Below, in pieces: positions 47,400 to 58,056 of a stretch of DNA of 64,000 nucleotides (position 1 is its first letter; the number at the start of each line of letters is the position of its first letter). The notes under the pieces are model-generated. The model saw only the letters and a list, made by a program, of their open reading frames with translations. It was not told the DNA's origin and made no database searches. Both the position numbers and the translations under genes were made by a program. The stretch lies in the IMG/VR virus record IMGVR_UViG_3300028800_000070. The stretch is one strand, 5' to 3'. Source of the DNA: an uncultured virus (IMG/VR IMGVR_UViG_3300028800_000070) (taxonomy: Duplodnaviria > Heunggongvirae > Uroviricota > Caudoviricetes).

Positions 47400-47492
47400 G
47401 ACAAAATGTTTATAACACTTCCTGTAACCACTTGCGGATCTCAATTAAGACCGTAATGGTTGAAATTACTGCTGTATATCCAATTAAAATAA

Positions 47493-47636
47493 TCATCGCA
47501 TCAAGTATACCAAGGTTAGGATCATTCCGACAACTAACATTAGGATAAAGCCACTGATGAAAGCGTCTAGGGCTGAGAGAATAACCCGCTTTTTGGTTAC
47601 TCTTGTGTTGACGTGGGCGTAATCAATCGTCCTCAT
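47493..47636 (-). CDS. small membrane protein
   Basis: Leaderless start 47636; C-terminal TM. Confidence 0.55.
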   Translation of the reverse strand: MRTIDYAHVNTRVTKKRVILSALDAFISGFILMLVVGMILTLVYLMR

Positions 47637-47671
47637 ATAAGTATGGTAGAGTAATATTACTCTTCTGTCAA
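47637..47671 (-). promoter_or_regulatory. sigma70 leaderless promoter with palindromic operator
   Basis: TTGACA-17nt-TACCAT-6nt-ATG; perfect 16-bp palindrome AGAGTAATATTACTCT at 47648-47663. Confidence 0.75.
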
Positions 47672-48117
47672 TACTCAAAATAAAGGGGTCTACTCGCCCA
47701 GATGTAAACCCCTAAAAAAGAAAAAGTAACTAAAGAAATTGTAGCATATTCATAAACCGAATAATTCCCCAACTTTTCACGAAAATGTGGCTTAACTATA
47801 TCAATTTCTTACAAAACTCTTTTCACATCACAGCTAGAATATATTTATGCTGTTTTATATCGCCATAGGATTAATCGCCTATTTTGTCACGAGCTGGACA
47901 TACGGAAAGTCTAAAAAGAAAAAACACAAGGGATTGTGGTTTTAAGCGTGGATAAAAAGAGTGCCTCCGAGGGCAATAAGGACACAAACAATGATAAGGA
48001 TTACATGAAATATTTCATGGGCTTTAGGATCTTTTATGAGTGCGTCAATAACAATCTTGAAAAGAAAGTATACTAATACTGCTAAAAGAAATGAGTCGAT
48101 TATGCTGTTTCCTATTG

Positions 48118-48453
48118 TCATGCTGTTGGTGTCGTTGTTTCAGTTGAAACCGCTGCTGTAGTAGTCGTAGTAACAGGAGTGGTCGGGGGTACATCCTCAT
48201 AAATTAAATTCTTCAAATCTGTCTTGACTTCAAAAAGTGAATGTTCAAAAAAGTAAAATGCTGATAGAAGAGCCATAAATCCACTGATTGCCGTTGAGAT
48301 ATCGGTTGCGGTTGGATTAGTCGAAGAGGCATCGGGATGCACGATCATGCTGGCAAAACCGATAAGAAAACCAATTATTGACCCAAATTTTAATTTTGTA
48401 GTTGATTCCATAGGTAACAACTCTAGTATGGTACTCCAAGTATTCATTGTCAA
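48118..48453 (-). CDS. putative holin
   Basis: Two TM segments, coupled to the lysin gene. Confidence 0.55.
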   Translation of the reverse strand: MTMNTWSTILELLPMESTTKLKFGSIIGFLIGFASMIVHPDASSTNPTATDISTAISGFMALLSAFYFFEHSLFEVKTDLKNLIYEDVPPTTPVTTTTTAAVSTETTTPTA

Positions 48454-49640
48454 GTCTTCGTAACAAACAAGCCAAGAAACTTATCCAACAAATTTCTACT
48501 TTTGACTACTTGGGTTTTAACATTGGCTATTGCCTGTTCCAAAACATCAAGCCGATTAAAACGATTGTCCAGATAGGCTATCACTCGATCCGCAATACCA
48601 TCGTCTTGTGGATTGCCCTCTAAATCAACAACCTGTAAATTGTTTTCTTTCAAGAAGTCATTAAGTCCATGTTGCAAGATCCAGTCTACAATGTTTTTAA
48701 ATCCATTCTCCCACGTTGTGAGCGTTTTATCAGAAGCGACTTCGCTCTCTGGCGTTTTCTGGTTTCCCCGTAATGTGACAATTTCTTTAATAATCTCGTC
48801 ATGAAGTTGGGAGTCTGTTTGACTGGTATCCGATAAGTTGAGTTCATTAGCGATATTGTCCATATATCCAGTATAGGTACTTGCTACTTTTTCTGCATCT
48901 GAAGCCTTTTGAGCATAATCAAAATCTTCCGTTTCCAAAGCGACCACTTTACCTTTATTTTGAGTATTTTCGGTTGATAGCTCACTGTAGTTAGATTGTA
49001 ACGTATTATATTTATCTTGCAAAGTTTCAAGATTTCCCTCAAGTAAATTATATTGTGCTATGGGTACATACAATCCATCCTGCACATTGTGGAATGTGTC
49101 AAAGACCACCTGATTACTTGCTTCGTTCGTCGGATCAAGTCCATAGGTGTTGAGTCCACTTGTGTTAAGAACCGCTGTTGTAGGGGATTGTGTGGCGTTT
49201 AGAGCGGGTATATTTATCGGGTGTAACCACCTGATATTTTGCGCTGAATAATTATATGTTTGCTGATGTGGAGTTGAGCCTTCAGGATCGTTCTGTTCAA
49301 GAAGCGTCATTGTATGCACATCGGCTGTTATAACAACGCCACAATGTCCAAGATAGGTAGTAACTCCGTCTGTCGTGACAGGGCCGTATGGTTCACCTAA
49401 GACCGCAATATCTCCAGGAACAGGAAAATTGTCAAGAGTATTAGTGATAACGGAAAAAAGACTAGGATTAGCATTTGTTGGAAGATCAATAGCGTTGCCA
49501 TATAAGTGATTAGTATTCAATCCTAGCATATCGAGCCAGACCTCGATTTCACCCACACACTGTCCGATATTTGCGGAAGTATCACCAACTCCTGTCTTTC
49601 CAGTAGTGGTTGCGATTAATTGTTGTAATAGTTCATCCAT
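48450..49640 (-). CDS. putative endolysin: CHAP domain plus coiled coil
   Basis: GQCV, GNAID, PGDI, GHCGVV, LEQN. Confidence 0.75.
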   Translation of the reverse strand: MDELLQQLIATTTGKTGVGDTSANIGQCVGEIEVWLDMLGLNTNHLYGNAIDLPTNANPSLFSVITNTLDNFPVPGDIAVLGEPYGPVTTDGVTTYLGHCGVVITADVHTMTLLEQNDPEGSTPHQQTYNYSAQNIRWLHPINIPALNATQSPTTAVLNTSGLNTYGLDPTNEASNQVVFDTFHNVQDGLYVPIAQYNLLEGNLETLQDKYNTLQSNYSELSTENTQNKGKVVALETEDFDYAQKASDAEKVASTYTGYMDNIANELNLSDTSQTDSQLHDEIIKEIVTLRGNQKTPESEVASDKTLTTWENGFKNIVDWILQHGLNDFLKENNLQVVDLEGNPQDDGIADRVIAYLDNRFNRLDVLEQAIANVKTQVVKSRNLLDKFLGLFVTKT

Positions 49641-49987
49641 AATGGCAGCCTCTCTAGCATAGCTTATACTTGACAAGAATTACCCTGCTCGATAATTCTT
49701 TCAAGCTCGCCCAGTCAAGTAAAAACTATGTTTGATTATGTAGCTTACCAATTCTATCAAATCACAACTCATCCTACTATTCCTGAAATGATAGTTTGGA
49801 TTGCTCTTCGTCTGTTATGCTGGAAGCGTGGAGAAAGAAATCGAAAATATTGGGAGAAAGTTTATAAACGAAATGAGCTATGGAAACGAAAAGGGAAAAA
49901 ATAATTGTTAGTATTCTCATAGGTCTCATTATTGTACTCTACTACCAATAAGATAATGATGTCAATTATATCTGTTATAATTAGATG

Positions 49988-50467
49988 ATGAAAAGTCTGA
50001 TAATTACTCAACGTTCAGGAAGAAAATTTGAAGTACTCTTGGACAATGAAGATTATAAAAAAGTCAAACAACACAAATGGTTTCTTCATGATAAAAGAGG
50101 TTATGTTAGTGGGAAGGTAGGAGAGGAAAATATCTTATTACATAGATTTATTATGAAGCCTCCTATAAATATGTTGGTAGATCATATTAATCATAACCCA
50201 TTAGACAATCAAAAAAGCAATTTAAGAGTATGTACAAAATCTCAAAATTGTGCTTGGAAAAACATGAAGCTTGCTACTCTTTATAGAGGTATAGCTAAAA
50301 GTTATCATGGCTGGACAGCAGGTATTACTAGAGATCAAAAACGTTTCTATCTGGGTTATTATAAAACTCCTGAACAAGCTACCCATGCGTATAATGAAGC
50401 AGCAATAAGATTATTTGGAGAGTTTGCTGTTCTAAATGAAATTACAGTCTATCAATGCAAAACGTGA
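49988..50467 (+). CDS. HNH-AP2 homing endonuclease
   Basis: LHRFIM...VDHINHNPLDNQKSNLR; YRGI...YLGYY...AYNEAA..LFGEFA.LN. Confidence 0.85.
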   Translation: MKSLIITQRSGRKFEVLLDNEDYKKVKQHKWFLHDKRGYVSGKVGEENILLHRFIMKPPINMLVDHINHNPLDNQKSNLRVCTKSQNCAWKNMKLATLYRGIAKSYHGWTAGITRDQKRFYLGYYKTPEQATHAYNEAAIRLFGEFAVLNEITVYQCKT

Positions 50468-50711
50468 AGTTATCGTTATTAGCGCCTTACTTTGTATAAA
50501 TTTTGTTTTGTGGTTTATAAATCAAGAATTATCAAGTAATCTTTATATTCCAACGCCACAATATCAAAAAAACTTAAATCAAATTGCTAAATTTATACAG
50601 TCAAATAATATACTCAACTTAGAATTATTACACCTAGAATCATACAGCTATATTGAACAGGTAGCCACAAAAGAGGGGTTTGTTCCAGCAAGTTTTATGG
50701 ATTTACGTTAG
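50436..50711 (+). CDS. FtsL-like bitopic coiled-coil protein
   Basis: TM, short coil, then S...IEQVA...GF.P. Confidence 0.45.
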   Translation: MKLQSINAKREVIVISALLCINFVLWFINQELSSNLYIPTPQYQKNLNQIAKFIQSNNILNLELLHLESYSYIEQVATKEGFVPASFMDLR

Positions 50712-50902
50712 GGTGTTTAAAACGATTATGACTCAACTTTCCAACTGCTCTTTCGAAACCCCGTTTGCATTGAGGACAATAATACTTCAATATTTCCTCA
50801 TATTTTCCAAGCAATTCCTTGTATGCGTATTCTAAATTAGTGACAGGATGTTGCGTATTTTTTTTGTACAATAGCCTCAGAATATTCATAATTCTAATTA
50901 TA

Positions 50903-51370
50903 TCAGATAGGGTAACTCCATCCATGAGAAAATCCTTGTAATTTGACGGCCTTTGTTGAACCACTTGGAGGGGTGTAAATAAAGAAAGCTGGCGGTTGCA
51001 TGAGGACAGGAACAGTAATCGGTTGACTGATTGTACGACTTGCCCATGATGCAAAACCTGTTGGAACAACTACAATAACAGTAGGAACCTTTATAAAAGG
51101 AAACGCTGGCTGTTGCGGATAAAGAAGTACAAGAGGACTACTAATTGTATTTTTTAACCAACTTGCTACTCCTGTTGGGGGAAGGGGTCTTTTGAAATAT
51201 GTTCCCACATTTACTGGATAACTGTTTTGGTTTGGGTCATAGGGAGTAAAAAACGGTTGAGAAATCGGTTTACTTAACCAGGATGCTTCACCAGATGGAG
51301 GTAAGGGAGGCTTAAAATACGTTGCGGTTTTAATGACTCCTGGTATCTGAGTAGTAATGAAATTTGGCAT
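50903..51370 (-). CDS. Pro-rich repeat protein (three SW....IS[QS]P units)
   Basis: MPNFITTQI start identical to 18175..18957. Confidence 0.7.
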   Translation of the reverse strand: MPNFITTQIPGVIKTATYFKPPLPPSGEASWLSKPISQPFFTPYDPNQNSYPVNVGTYFKRPLPPTGVASWLKNTISSPLVLLYPQQPAFPFIKVPTVIVVVPTGFASWASRTISQPITVPVLMQPPAFFIYTPPSGSTKAVKLQGFSHGWSYPI

Positions 51371-51379
51371 ACTGTAATT

Positions 51380-52624
51380 TTATACCAATTGTATATCATT
51401 ACCAATAATCGGTTGACTGATAGGCTGACTGAGCAATGAGGCGATACCTGTAGGCAAAGAAGCAGGAGCATGGTCTACATATGCCCATATATTTGTCACG
51501 TCAATTGCATTTGTATGTGCTGTTGTTAATTTGTAACCTATTTGCATAGTAGCAAGTGTTGTTTCTGTCCACGGATTACTATCAGGATCATTATATAAAA
51601 CAAGTGAATTTGCAGGAGTACACGTTGTCCATGTTGTCGAATCTGGATCAATTGATGCACCTGACGCAATCGTTCCTGCTGACGTTTTCTCACATTGAAT
51701 TTCAAAAGCAGTTGTCAAGTCTACTGTATTATTACGATATCGTGCCATAACCTGTACGCAATTGACGGTATCAGTGCCAATCGAAGGATCAATACATTTA
51801 AATAAATCCTGCTGACTAAGAACAGTTGATCCATTAAAAGAAGTCGCATCATTAGGTGTTGTCTCATTAACTCTGGTGAAGTTATTTGCACTTCCCGCTG
51901 TGCCTCCAGTTTGCGTAGCCCATGAATTTGCATCTCCTGCTGCATTTGGTGTAATTCTTGTTATAGCTCCTATTCCTGGGTATCCATTCTGGTTTGTTCC
52001 TGAAGAATCATTGATTGCAAGATCATCAATAAACCATGTTCCTGTAGCGTTATTTCCTAATACTTGATCTCCAATTAACGTAAACCCATTGGGTACACCA
52101 CCATTCCCTGTTGTCAAAATGCTTTCAGTTCCCGTTGCAAACACTACACCGTTCAAACGTGCTTCGCATACTGTCGACCCTAGTCCTCCTGTATCATCAA
52201 CATGCAGTTCAACTAGATACCATGTATTCAATGCGAGTACTGAACTGTTAGAACCGATTTGAGTAAATCCACCACTTGTGTCTCCATAAGCAAGCCCAAG
52301 AGTACCATTGGTGTTGGTGAATATATAGGCAAAAATAACCGCATTATTAGAGTCTGCCAATAAACAAACACTATTATCAACCCCAGTAACATTAGCACTT
52401 TTATTAAAGTAAAAACGAATATACTGCGAATGAGAATTGGAGTTTTGTACTTGAAAAATATCTGTTCCACCTGCTGTAGGAGCTACTTTTAATGCGTAAG
52501 TTCCCGTTCTAACCGTACCTGTTTGTATGCTTAAACCACCACCTTGCGTGACTGTGACAGAATTAGCCTCAACGCCATTCGTTAATGTATTTGTTTCAAA
52601 ACCAATCGAATATTGTCGAGCCAT
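51380..52624 (-). CDS. LamG/concanavalin-like fibre or appendage protein
   Basis: QIGSN...L..NTWY..E; C-terminus ISQPIIGNDIQLV. Confidence 0.6.
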   Translation of the reverse strand: MARQYSIGFETNTLTNGVEANSVTVTQGGGLSIQTGTVRTGTYALKVAPTAGGTDIFQVQNSNSHSQYIRFYFNKSANVTGVDNSVCLLADSNNAVIFAYIFTNTNGTLGLAYGDTSGGFTQIGSNSSVLALNTWYLVELHVDDTGGLGSTVCEARLNGVVFATGTESILTTGNGGVPNGFTLIGDQVLGNNATGTWFIDDLAINDSSGTNQNGYPGIGAITRITPNAAGDANSWATQTGGTAGSANNFTRVNETTPNDATSFNGSTVLSQQDLFKCIDPSIGTDTVNCVQVMARYRNNTVDLTTAFEIQCEKTSAGTIASGASIDPDSTTWTTCTPANSLVLYNDPDSNPWTETTLATMQIGYKLTTAHTNAIDVTNIWAYVDHAPASLPTGIASLLSQPISQPIIGNDIQLV

Positions 52625-52636
52625 AAGTAAAATATA

Positions 52637-52930
52637 TCATTTTCTAACAAATATCCCTACTGTTGGATTGTAAATATAATCTCTACTTGTGGCTTCCATA
52701 CCTTCAGAAAACGGTACGCACCTGTTATCTACCTTATACCATTCTCGTTGAAGACATAAGGTACACAAAAGGCCAGTACAAAATGAACATACGCCTACGT
52801 GTCTACCTGAGCCTGGTTGATACGGCCATGTTGCCTGACAATGACTGCATTGACGAAATTCCTGCTCAACTCTGCGTCCTTTTGCATCTAAAGTGGAACC
52901 ATAAGCACTTGCGCGATTTCCTTTAATCAT
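52637..52930 (-). CDS. small Zn-finger protein
   Basis: Close homolog of 21293..21586. Confidence 0.7.
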   Translation of the reverse strand: MIKGNRASAYGSTLDAKGRRVEQEFRQCSHCQATWPYQPGSGRHVGVCSFCTGLLCTLCLQREWYKVDNRCVPFSEGMEATSRDYIYNPTVGIFVRK

Positions 52931-52964
52931 TAAAAAAAGTATACCATAAAGAGGAGATTAGAGG

Positions 52965-53498
52965 CTATTCGTCGTAGGAAATTGAGGCATAAAAGACATC
53001 AGACCCCTGCGCATACAGATATGACAAGAAGATATTGTACAACGTAGTCGGAGCGAGTGATAATTCCCCTCCTGGTACTGCAACCCAGCGATATCCTGCA
53101 CGTTCATTAAATCCAACAGACAAAAGAATTGAGTTAGAAACAAGAGATCCTGCAACGGTTGAAACTGTGTAGACAGTTGAATTAGAAGCTAAAGCGTTAG
53201 GCCCTGCTAATGCTGCTGGAGTAATTGTATTTGTCCATGTACCCTTCGTTGTTGCCCGTTGTAATGCAACTTGATAGTTATTGTCTGCTGCTGCACCTCC
53301 AGGGGAAATTTCCCATTCATACAGCTTTACATCTTTAACAGTTGCTCCTTGTGCGAGTTGGATTATTCCCGCGTTTGCGGTAGTTGAATTAGCGGCTCCT
53401 GCACTTCCTGAACCTGTGTATTTTGCTTTGTAGGTTCTGTCGATTTTATCGACTCCTAGACAGATTTTTAGAGATAAGCCTTTATTGAAGTTAAGCAT
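52965..53498 (-). CDS. putative structural protein
   Basis: Close homolog of 21613..22104 with a different N-terminal extension. Confidence 0.7.
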   Translation of the reverse strand: MLNFNKGLSLKICLGVDKIDRTYKAKYTGSGSAGAANSTTANAGIIQLAQGATVKDVKLYEWEISPGGAAADNNYQVALQRATTKGTWTNTITPAALAGPNALASNSTVYTVSTVAGSLVSNSILLSVGFNERAGYRWVAVPGGELSLAPTTLYNIFLSYLYAQGSDVFYASISYDE

Positions 53499-53522
53499 AT
53501 TATAGAATAAGTGTAGAGGTTT

Positions 53523-54209
53523 TTATAACGGGTTGTCAATGGGATTTCTCCAAAAAGCTAATACCTTTTCAATATTGGCTATCTTCTCCTCAGTCGTAAA
53601 AAGATATTCATGGAACAAAAACTCGCCAGGATTACCGCACTTTGTTAACATCTCCTTGAAGGTTGTAAACTTTAGCCCATACTTTGCTATGTTTCGAGAC
53701 ACCACATAATCATCAATAAAATGCTTTTTATCAGGTTGGATATTACGCTCGGCAATTGTTGGGAAAATGTTTGCTAGTGCCTCATCTAACGTAAGATCAT
53801 CTAACGGTTTCCATAGATCAAGGCATAAATTCGAGGCAACAGTAAACCAATTACCAGCTCCAATATTACGGCCATCACGTCTGAAGTACTTATCATATCG
53901 CCATCTAACAGGCGCAAAATCTACACCACAAGTGAGAACGGTATCACGGGGCAATATTTCTGTTATGTCAAATGTGTCAGGATGAATGAGAGCATCAGAA
54001 TCGATGAGAATTGACCAATCATTATCCTTCGCTAGTTCATAGATTTGTAGTTTTTCATAAACAATAGGAAAGTCAGGGAATTTACGTTCAGTTATGATAT
54101 GAAAATCAGCTCCTATTTTCTTAGCATAACCTTCGATAAAGGGATAGGTTTTTGAAGTTATTTCTTTTGAGTAGTCGTTTATATTGAGGGTAAAAACAGT
54201 CTTTTTCAT
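53523..54209 (-). CDS. putative GT-A glycosyltransferase
   Basis: YAKKIGADF, EKL, ILIDSDALI (DxD). Confidence 0.6.
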   Translation of the reverse strand: MKKTVFTLNINDYSKEITSKTYPFIEGYAKKIGADFHIITERKFPDFPIVYEKLQIYELAKDNDWSILIDSDALIHPDTFDITEILPRDTVLTCGVDFAPVRWRYDKYFRRDGRNIGAGNWFTVASNLCLDLWKPLDDLTLDEALANIFPTIAERNIQPDKKHFIDDYVVSRNIAKYGLKFTTFKEMLTKCGNPGEFLFHEYLFTTEEKIANIEKVLAFWRNPIDNPL

Positions 54210-54682
54210 TATGCTATCCAATATGAAATACTCCCTCCAACCCCAACCGCACCGGATAAATTAAGCACAAGTCCCGTGTTAGCTGATCCCTTCCACAAGT
54301 ATCCAGGAGGACTGACTGAGTTACCACCACCTGCATTTTGAATACCGTACATCAAGCCATTCAAGAGTGTCCCTGCTGCTCCATCGGTAAACTTTGCGTT
54401 GACCGTTCCACTAAAGGAGATATTCCAAGCATAGACATAGATAGATTTTCCTGCTCCCCCTGCTGCGATAACTGTATTATCTCCATTGCTTGCTGCTGCT
54501 ATTCCTACGACTTGGGGAGTGATTGCAGGATTGATTGGGTTGCCACTTGAGTCAACTTGCTCAAGAAATATAGCCCCTGTCGCGGAATTTCCCTCTACTG
54601 CGAATGGATTACTTGTTGCAGAATCAATGGCTGTTAATGAAGGCTTTGCGTTGCTGTCAGGTGCGCCTGATGTTCTTCCCAT
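54209..54682 (-). CDS. putative structural protein
   Basis: Homolog of 22151..22681 lacking the RLLPRY leader; leaderless. Confidence 0.65.
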   Translation of the reverse strand: MGRTSGAPDSNAKPSLTAIDSATSNPFAVEGNSATGAIFLEQVDSSGNPINPAITPQVVGIAAASNGDNTVIAAGGAGKSIYVYAWNISFSGTVNAKFTDGAAGTLLNGLMYGIQNAGGGNSVSPPGYLWKGSANTGLVLNLSGAVGVGGSISYWIA

Positions 54683-54699
54683 AAGAAAATTATATCAGA

Positions 54700-55149
54700 T
54701 TAGAAAGGAGATTGACCAAAAGGATTACCCTGTTGGTTCATTGGAGAGCTTGCAGGGCTAGAAGGTGCGCCAAAGACTCCTTGACCCATGTTTTGTGCTG
54801 GTGCTTGATTCATTGGCATTTGTGGTGCTTGGGGTGTTGCCGGTTGGATACTTGCTCCTTGCTGCACTTTCAGCTTTTGTTTTTCCAGTTGGTTATTACT
54901 CTTCAATTGTTCGACCAATGCCGAAGTTATCATATCTGACTGATTTTGAGGGACGTATTTTTGAGCTGTAGTTTTTGGAGTGGTAGGAACCGTACTTTTT
55001 TTATCCATAGCTGAGGTTGGCATAGGTTGAGGAACCGCACCAGAAGCCATTGGTGCTTGTGGACTAACCTGTTGTAATTGTGGTACGGGCGCACCGCCTG
55101 AACGCCTACCGATTGCTGCTTGTACTGCTGGTGAAAGTCCAGGATTCAT
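54700..55149 (-). CDS. Pro/Gln-rich protein
   Basis: Leaderless TGaTATAAT-6nt-ATG. Confidence 0.6.
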   Translation of the reverse strand: MNPGLSPAVQAAIGRRSGGAPVPQLQQVSPQAPMASGAVPQPMPTSAMDKKSTVPTTPKTTAQKYVPQNQSDMITSALVEQLKSNNQLEKQKLKVQQGASIQPATPQAPQMPMNQAPAQNMGQGVFGAPSSPASSPMNQQGNPFGQSPF

Positions 55150-55447
55150 AACAAAATTATATCAGATTTTATCTATTATATGGAATAGAATCTACAAAAA
55201 AGCCCTGTATGGGTGAAAACAAAGGCTAGGAAAAGGATACCTAACAGGATGCAAGCTGCAACGAAAAGATAATCTTTCTTTAACATATTAACTGTATTAT
55301 ACCAAACTACTTGACATAACTCTACCATTATGATACTATAAGCCCTGAAATGGATGTGATTATTTATGCAAACACTAAAAGATATATTAATTATCGCTTT
55401 TCAACTTTTGACGCTTGGCTCTTTTGACAAGCCATATTGTGCTTAAT

Positions 55448-57583
55448 CTACTGTGGAGTTGCAGGAAGCGTATTAGGATCATTACTTGCTTGTAATGCCT
55501 GTAAAATCTGTTGAGATTCAGGTGTGACAATCTGAAAATCTGCTGGTTTCCCCATTGCTTGTGTATATTGATTATTTAACGTATCTAGTCGTGATCCCAT
55601 GAGTTGAATTGTAGCGTTAAGATTCGCTTTGAATTGCGCTGGACTCATATTCGGATTGAGACTTTTTTGTACTTCTGCTATCTCAGTATCGGTTGCTCCG
55701 CTTGACTTGTAGATTTTAGCAACCTCTCCACTAACCGCATTTGCAATCGTTTCAAAGCTCGTTGTTTGAGGATTACCCATATTGTATGAAATGCTGTTTT
55801 TAATTGAGTTGATAGCTGGAAAATTAGTATTACCCATAGAACCAGAAGCATTTGATAAAGCATAAAGATGACCAATTGCCGTATTGATTGCTTGAATATT
55901 CTTACCCGTAGTCCCACTTGTGTAATCATCTCGCAACTTTTGTTTAACTGGAAATTGTGTAGAGTCATAACTTGGATCAGCTTGGCTGGCAAGACTAATG
56001 ATTTGCTGTCTTTCGTTGTTCTTAAGTGAAGTCAATTTAGTTGGATCAAGTTTGTAATTGACGATCTGGTATAACAGGTTACGCGTGTTGTCATCAATCG
56101 GTGCGCCATTTACTGTATATCCCTTAAGGAAACTGTCTGGCGGTGCGCTTGGTGTGCCTGTTGTTGCAGGAAGGGCTTGACTTCCTGAGCTATTTATGGT
56201 AGAGTTATCACCAGTAAATGCCGCTTGCGGCGAGGAAGGAAGTGTATTACTTTGGTTTGGATTATTATTGCTATTGTTGCCTTGTTCACTGTTCCCTTGT
56301 GGGGATCCTGGATTGACGGGGAGTAACCCTGATGTACCTGCTCCTAACCCTGTTGCAACCCCTTTACCTATTGGAGTTGCCAATCCTGTCCCTGCATTAG
56401 TGAGAGTGCTTGTAAGAGCTTTTGCTACAACTGGATTTGCCAATGCTTTTCTTGCGCCTGTAAATGCGGCATAACCTGCGACTGATCCAAGTGGCCCTCC
56501 GACTGAACCCGCTGCTGCTCCAAGACCTCCCAGTAACATATTAGATACACTTAATGGCCCTGCACTACTTCCTTGACCTACTCTCTTTTCTGCTATATTT
56601 GATATGTTGTAAAGTTTGCGTAAATTTTGCCCTACAGCTTGTAGGGATTCCCCATTTGGCCCCACCGTATTTGAAGCATCTGCCGTATCATAAGCAGTAT
56701 TTCTCAAAACATCTCCTACTACTCGATTTACACCCCAAGGAGCTGAACCGAACTGACTATCTTTTGTTGCGTTATCAAATGCCTGTCTTTCTGTATTAAG
56801 ATCAGCCAGAGTAGTAACTTTACCACTTGCTATTTTATCCATAACATTTCCCAAGGCATCGTCAACTTGAGAAGCTAACGCCTGATCGGAAGGAACAGAG
56901 CTATTTTTTAAGGCTTCTATTGCGGCTGTTCCACGAGAAAGCAGAGCATCTTGATTTAAGGGAACATTGTTATTTTTAGCAATTGAATCAAAAGTATCTT
57001 GTACTTTATTTATTCCATTTGTTAATCCTTCTGTATTCGTTCCAGCTATTCCATGTTTTGTTAATGTATCCGCAACAGACTCACTATTTTTTATCTTTAG
57101 TGCGTTTTGTTGTAATCGGGTTAAGTTTAATCCATTCGTAGCTTCTGCCTCCCCAAGTTTACCAAGCACACCACCTGCTAATTTTCCTACTCCAAGTCCC
57201 GTAACTCCACCTACTGCGCCTGCTGCTCCTTGTTCAGCTACATCTGCTCCAATTGGTTGACCCGTAAATACGTCTTTAAGTGCTTCCCCTCCTGCCTGTC
57301 CTATTGCTGCTCCTCCAACTTCTGACACTCCTGTTTCACCTAAGCCTGGCACAAGTCCTCCTGCTATACCACCAACAACTCCGCCGATTGTAGGCAATAA
57401 ATCTGTAAATCCATTACCTTTTTGCTGTGCTGGTTGTTGACTCTGTTGTGGTGTTGCTTGTGGTTGATCTGTTAATTGATAATTATTTCCTGCTTTCTGT
57501 TGTTGTGCGAGAAACTGATTTATTTGGTCAGGAGTATAGCCTTGTTTTTGAGCCTCTTGAAATGAGAAATTATAATTTGGCAT
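55448..57583 (-). CDS. putative DNA ejection / internal virion protein
   Basis: 711 aa, Gly-zipper segments, helical C-terminus. Confidence 0.6.
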   Translation of the reverse strand: MPNYNFSFQEAQKQGYTPDQINQFLAQQQKAGNNYQLTDQPQATPQQSQQPAQQKGNGFTDLLPTIGGVVGGIAGGLVPGLGETGVSEVGGAAIGQAGGEALKDVFTGQPIGADVAEQGAAGAVGGVTGLGVGKLAGGVLGKLGEAEATNGLNLTRLQQNALKIKNSESVADTLTKHGIAGTNTEGLTNGINKVQDTFDSIAKNNNVPLNQDALLSRGTAAIEALKNSSVPSDQALASQVDDALGNVMDKIASGKVTTLADLNTERQAFDNATKDSQFGSAPWGVNRVVGDVLRNTAYDTADASNTVGPNGESLQAVGQNLRKLYNISNIAEKRVGQGSSAGPLSVSNMLLGGLGAAAGSVGGPLGSVAGYAAFTGARKALANPVVAKALTSTLTNAGTGLATPIGKGVATGLGAGTSGLLPVNPGSPQGNSEQGNNSNNNPNQSNTLPSSPQAAFTGDNSTINSSGSQALPATTGTPSAPPDSFLKGYTVNGAPIDDNTRNLLYQIVNYKLDPTKLTSLKNNERQQIISLASQADPSYDSTQFPVKQKLRDDYTSGTTGKNIQAINTAIGHLYALSNASGSMGNTNFPAINSIKNSISYNMGNPQTTSFETIANAVSGEVAKIYKSSGATDTEIAEVQKSLNPNMSPAQFKANLNATIQLMGSRLDTLNNQYTQAMGKPADFQIVTPESQQILQALQASNDPNTLPATPQ

Positions 57584-57584
57584 A

Positions 57585-58055
57585 TTAATACCCAGCAGGT
57601 GTTGCTGTTACGTTCAATTGTGGAGCTTTGAACATATCAGCTATCTGTGAGCCAAGCCAGGGAGTGTTATTTTGTGGCTGTTGTGCAAGTTGGTTGCCTT
57701 GGTTTAACTGACTCATACCTGCGGCCTGTGGAATACTCACACTTACCTGTGGTTTTGTCTGAGTCTTACCTGGCTTCATGGTTTTGTTAAGTACATCGTT
57801 GCCATTTCCTAATTGTGGAGCACCAGGAGTAGTAGCATTTGGATCAGTTGGGCCTTGTAAAGTCATGTCGCCTGTTGTTGAAGCTGCCGCATTCTTCTTG
57901 TTTGCCGCCTGTACAGCCATTTGATTTGCTAAAGCTGCGTTATATTGATTAGCCAAAAAGGGATTAATTCCACCTAATGCTGAAGGGTCAACAATTTTTG
58001 TTTCCCCTGTTTGATTATTTGTTATTTGTACTTGTCCTGATGGTAAAATTGTCAT
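57585..58055 (-). CDS. putative internal virion protein
   Basis: Q/N/P-rich; start MTILPSGQ directly after the upstream stop. Confidence 0.5.
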   Translation of the reverse strand: MTILPSGQVQITNNQTGETKIVDPSALGGINPFLANQYNAALANQMAVQAANKKNAAASTTGDMTLQGPTDPNATTPGAPQLGNGNDVLNKTMKPGKTQTKPQVSVSIPQAAGMSQLNQGNQLAQQPQNNTPWLGSQIADMFKAPQLNVTATPAGY

Positions 58056-58056
58056 A

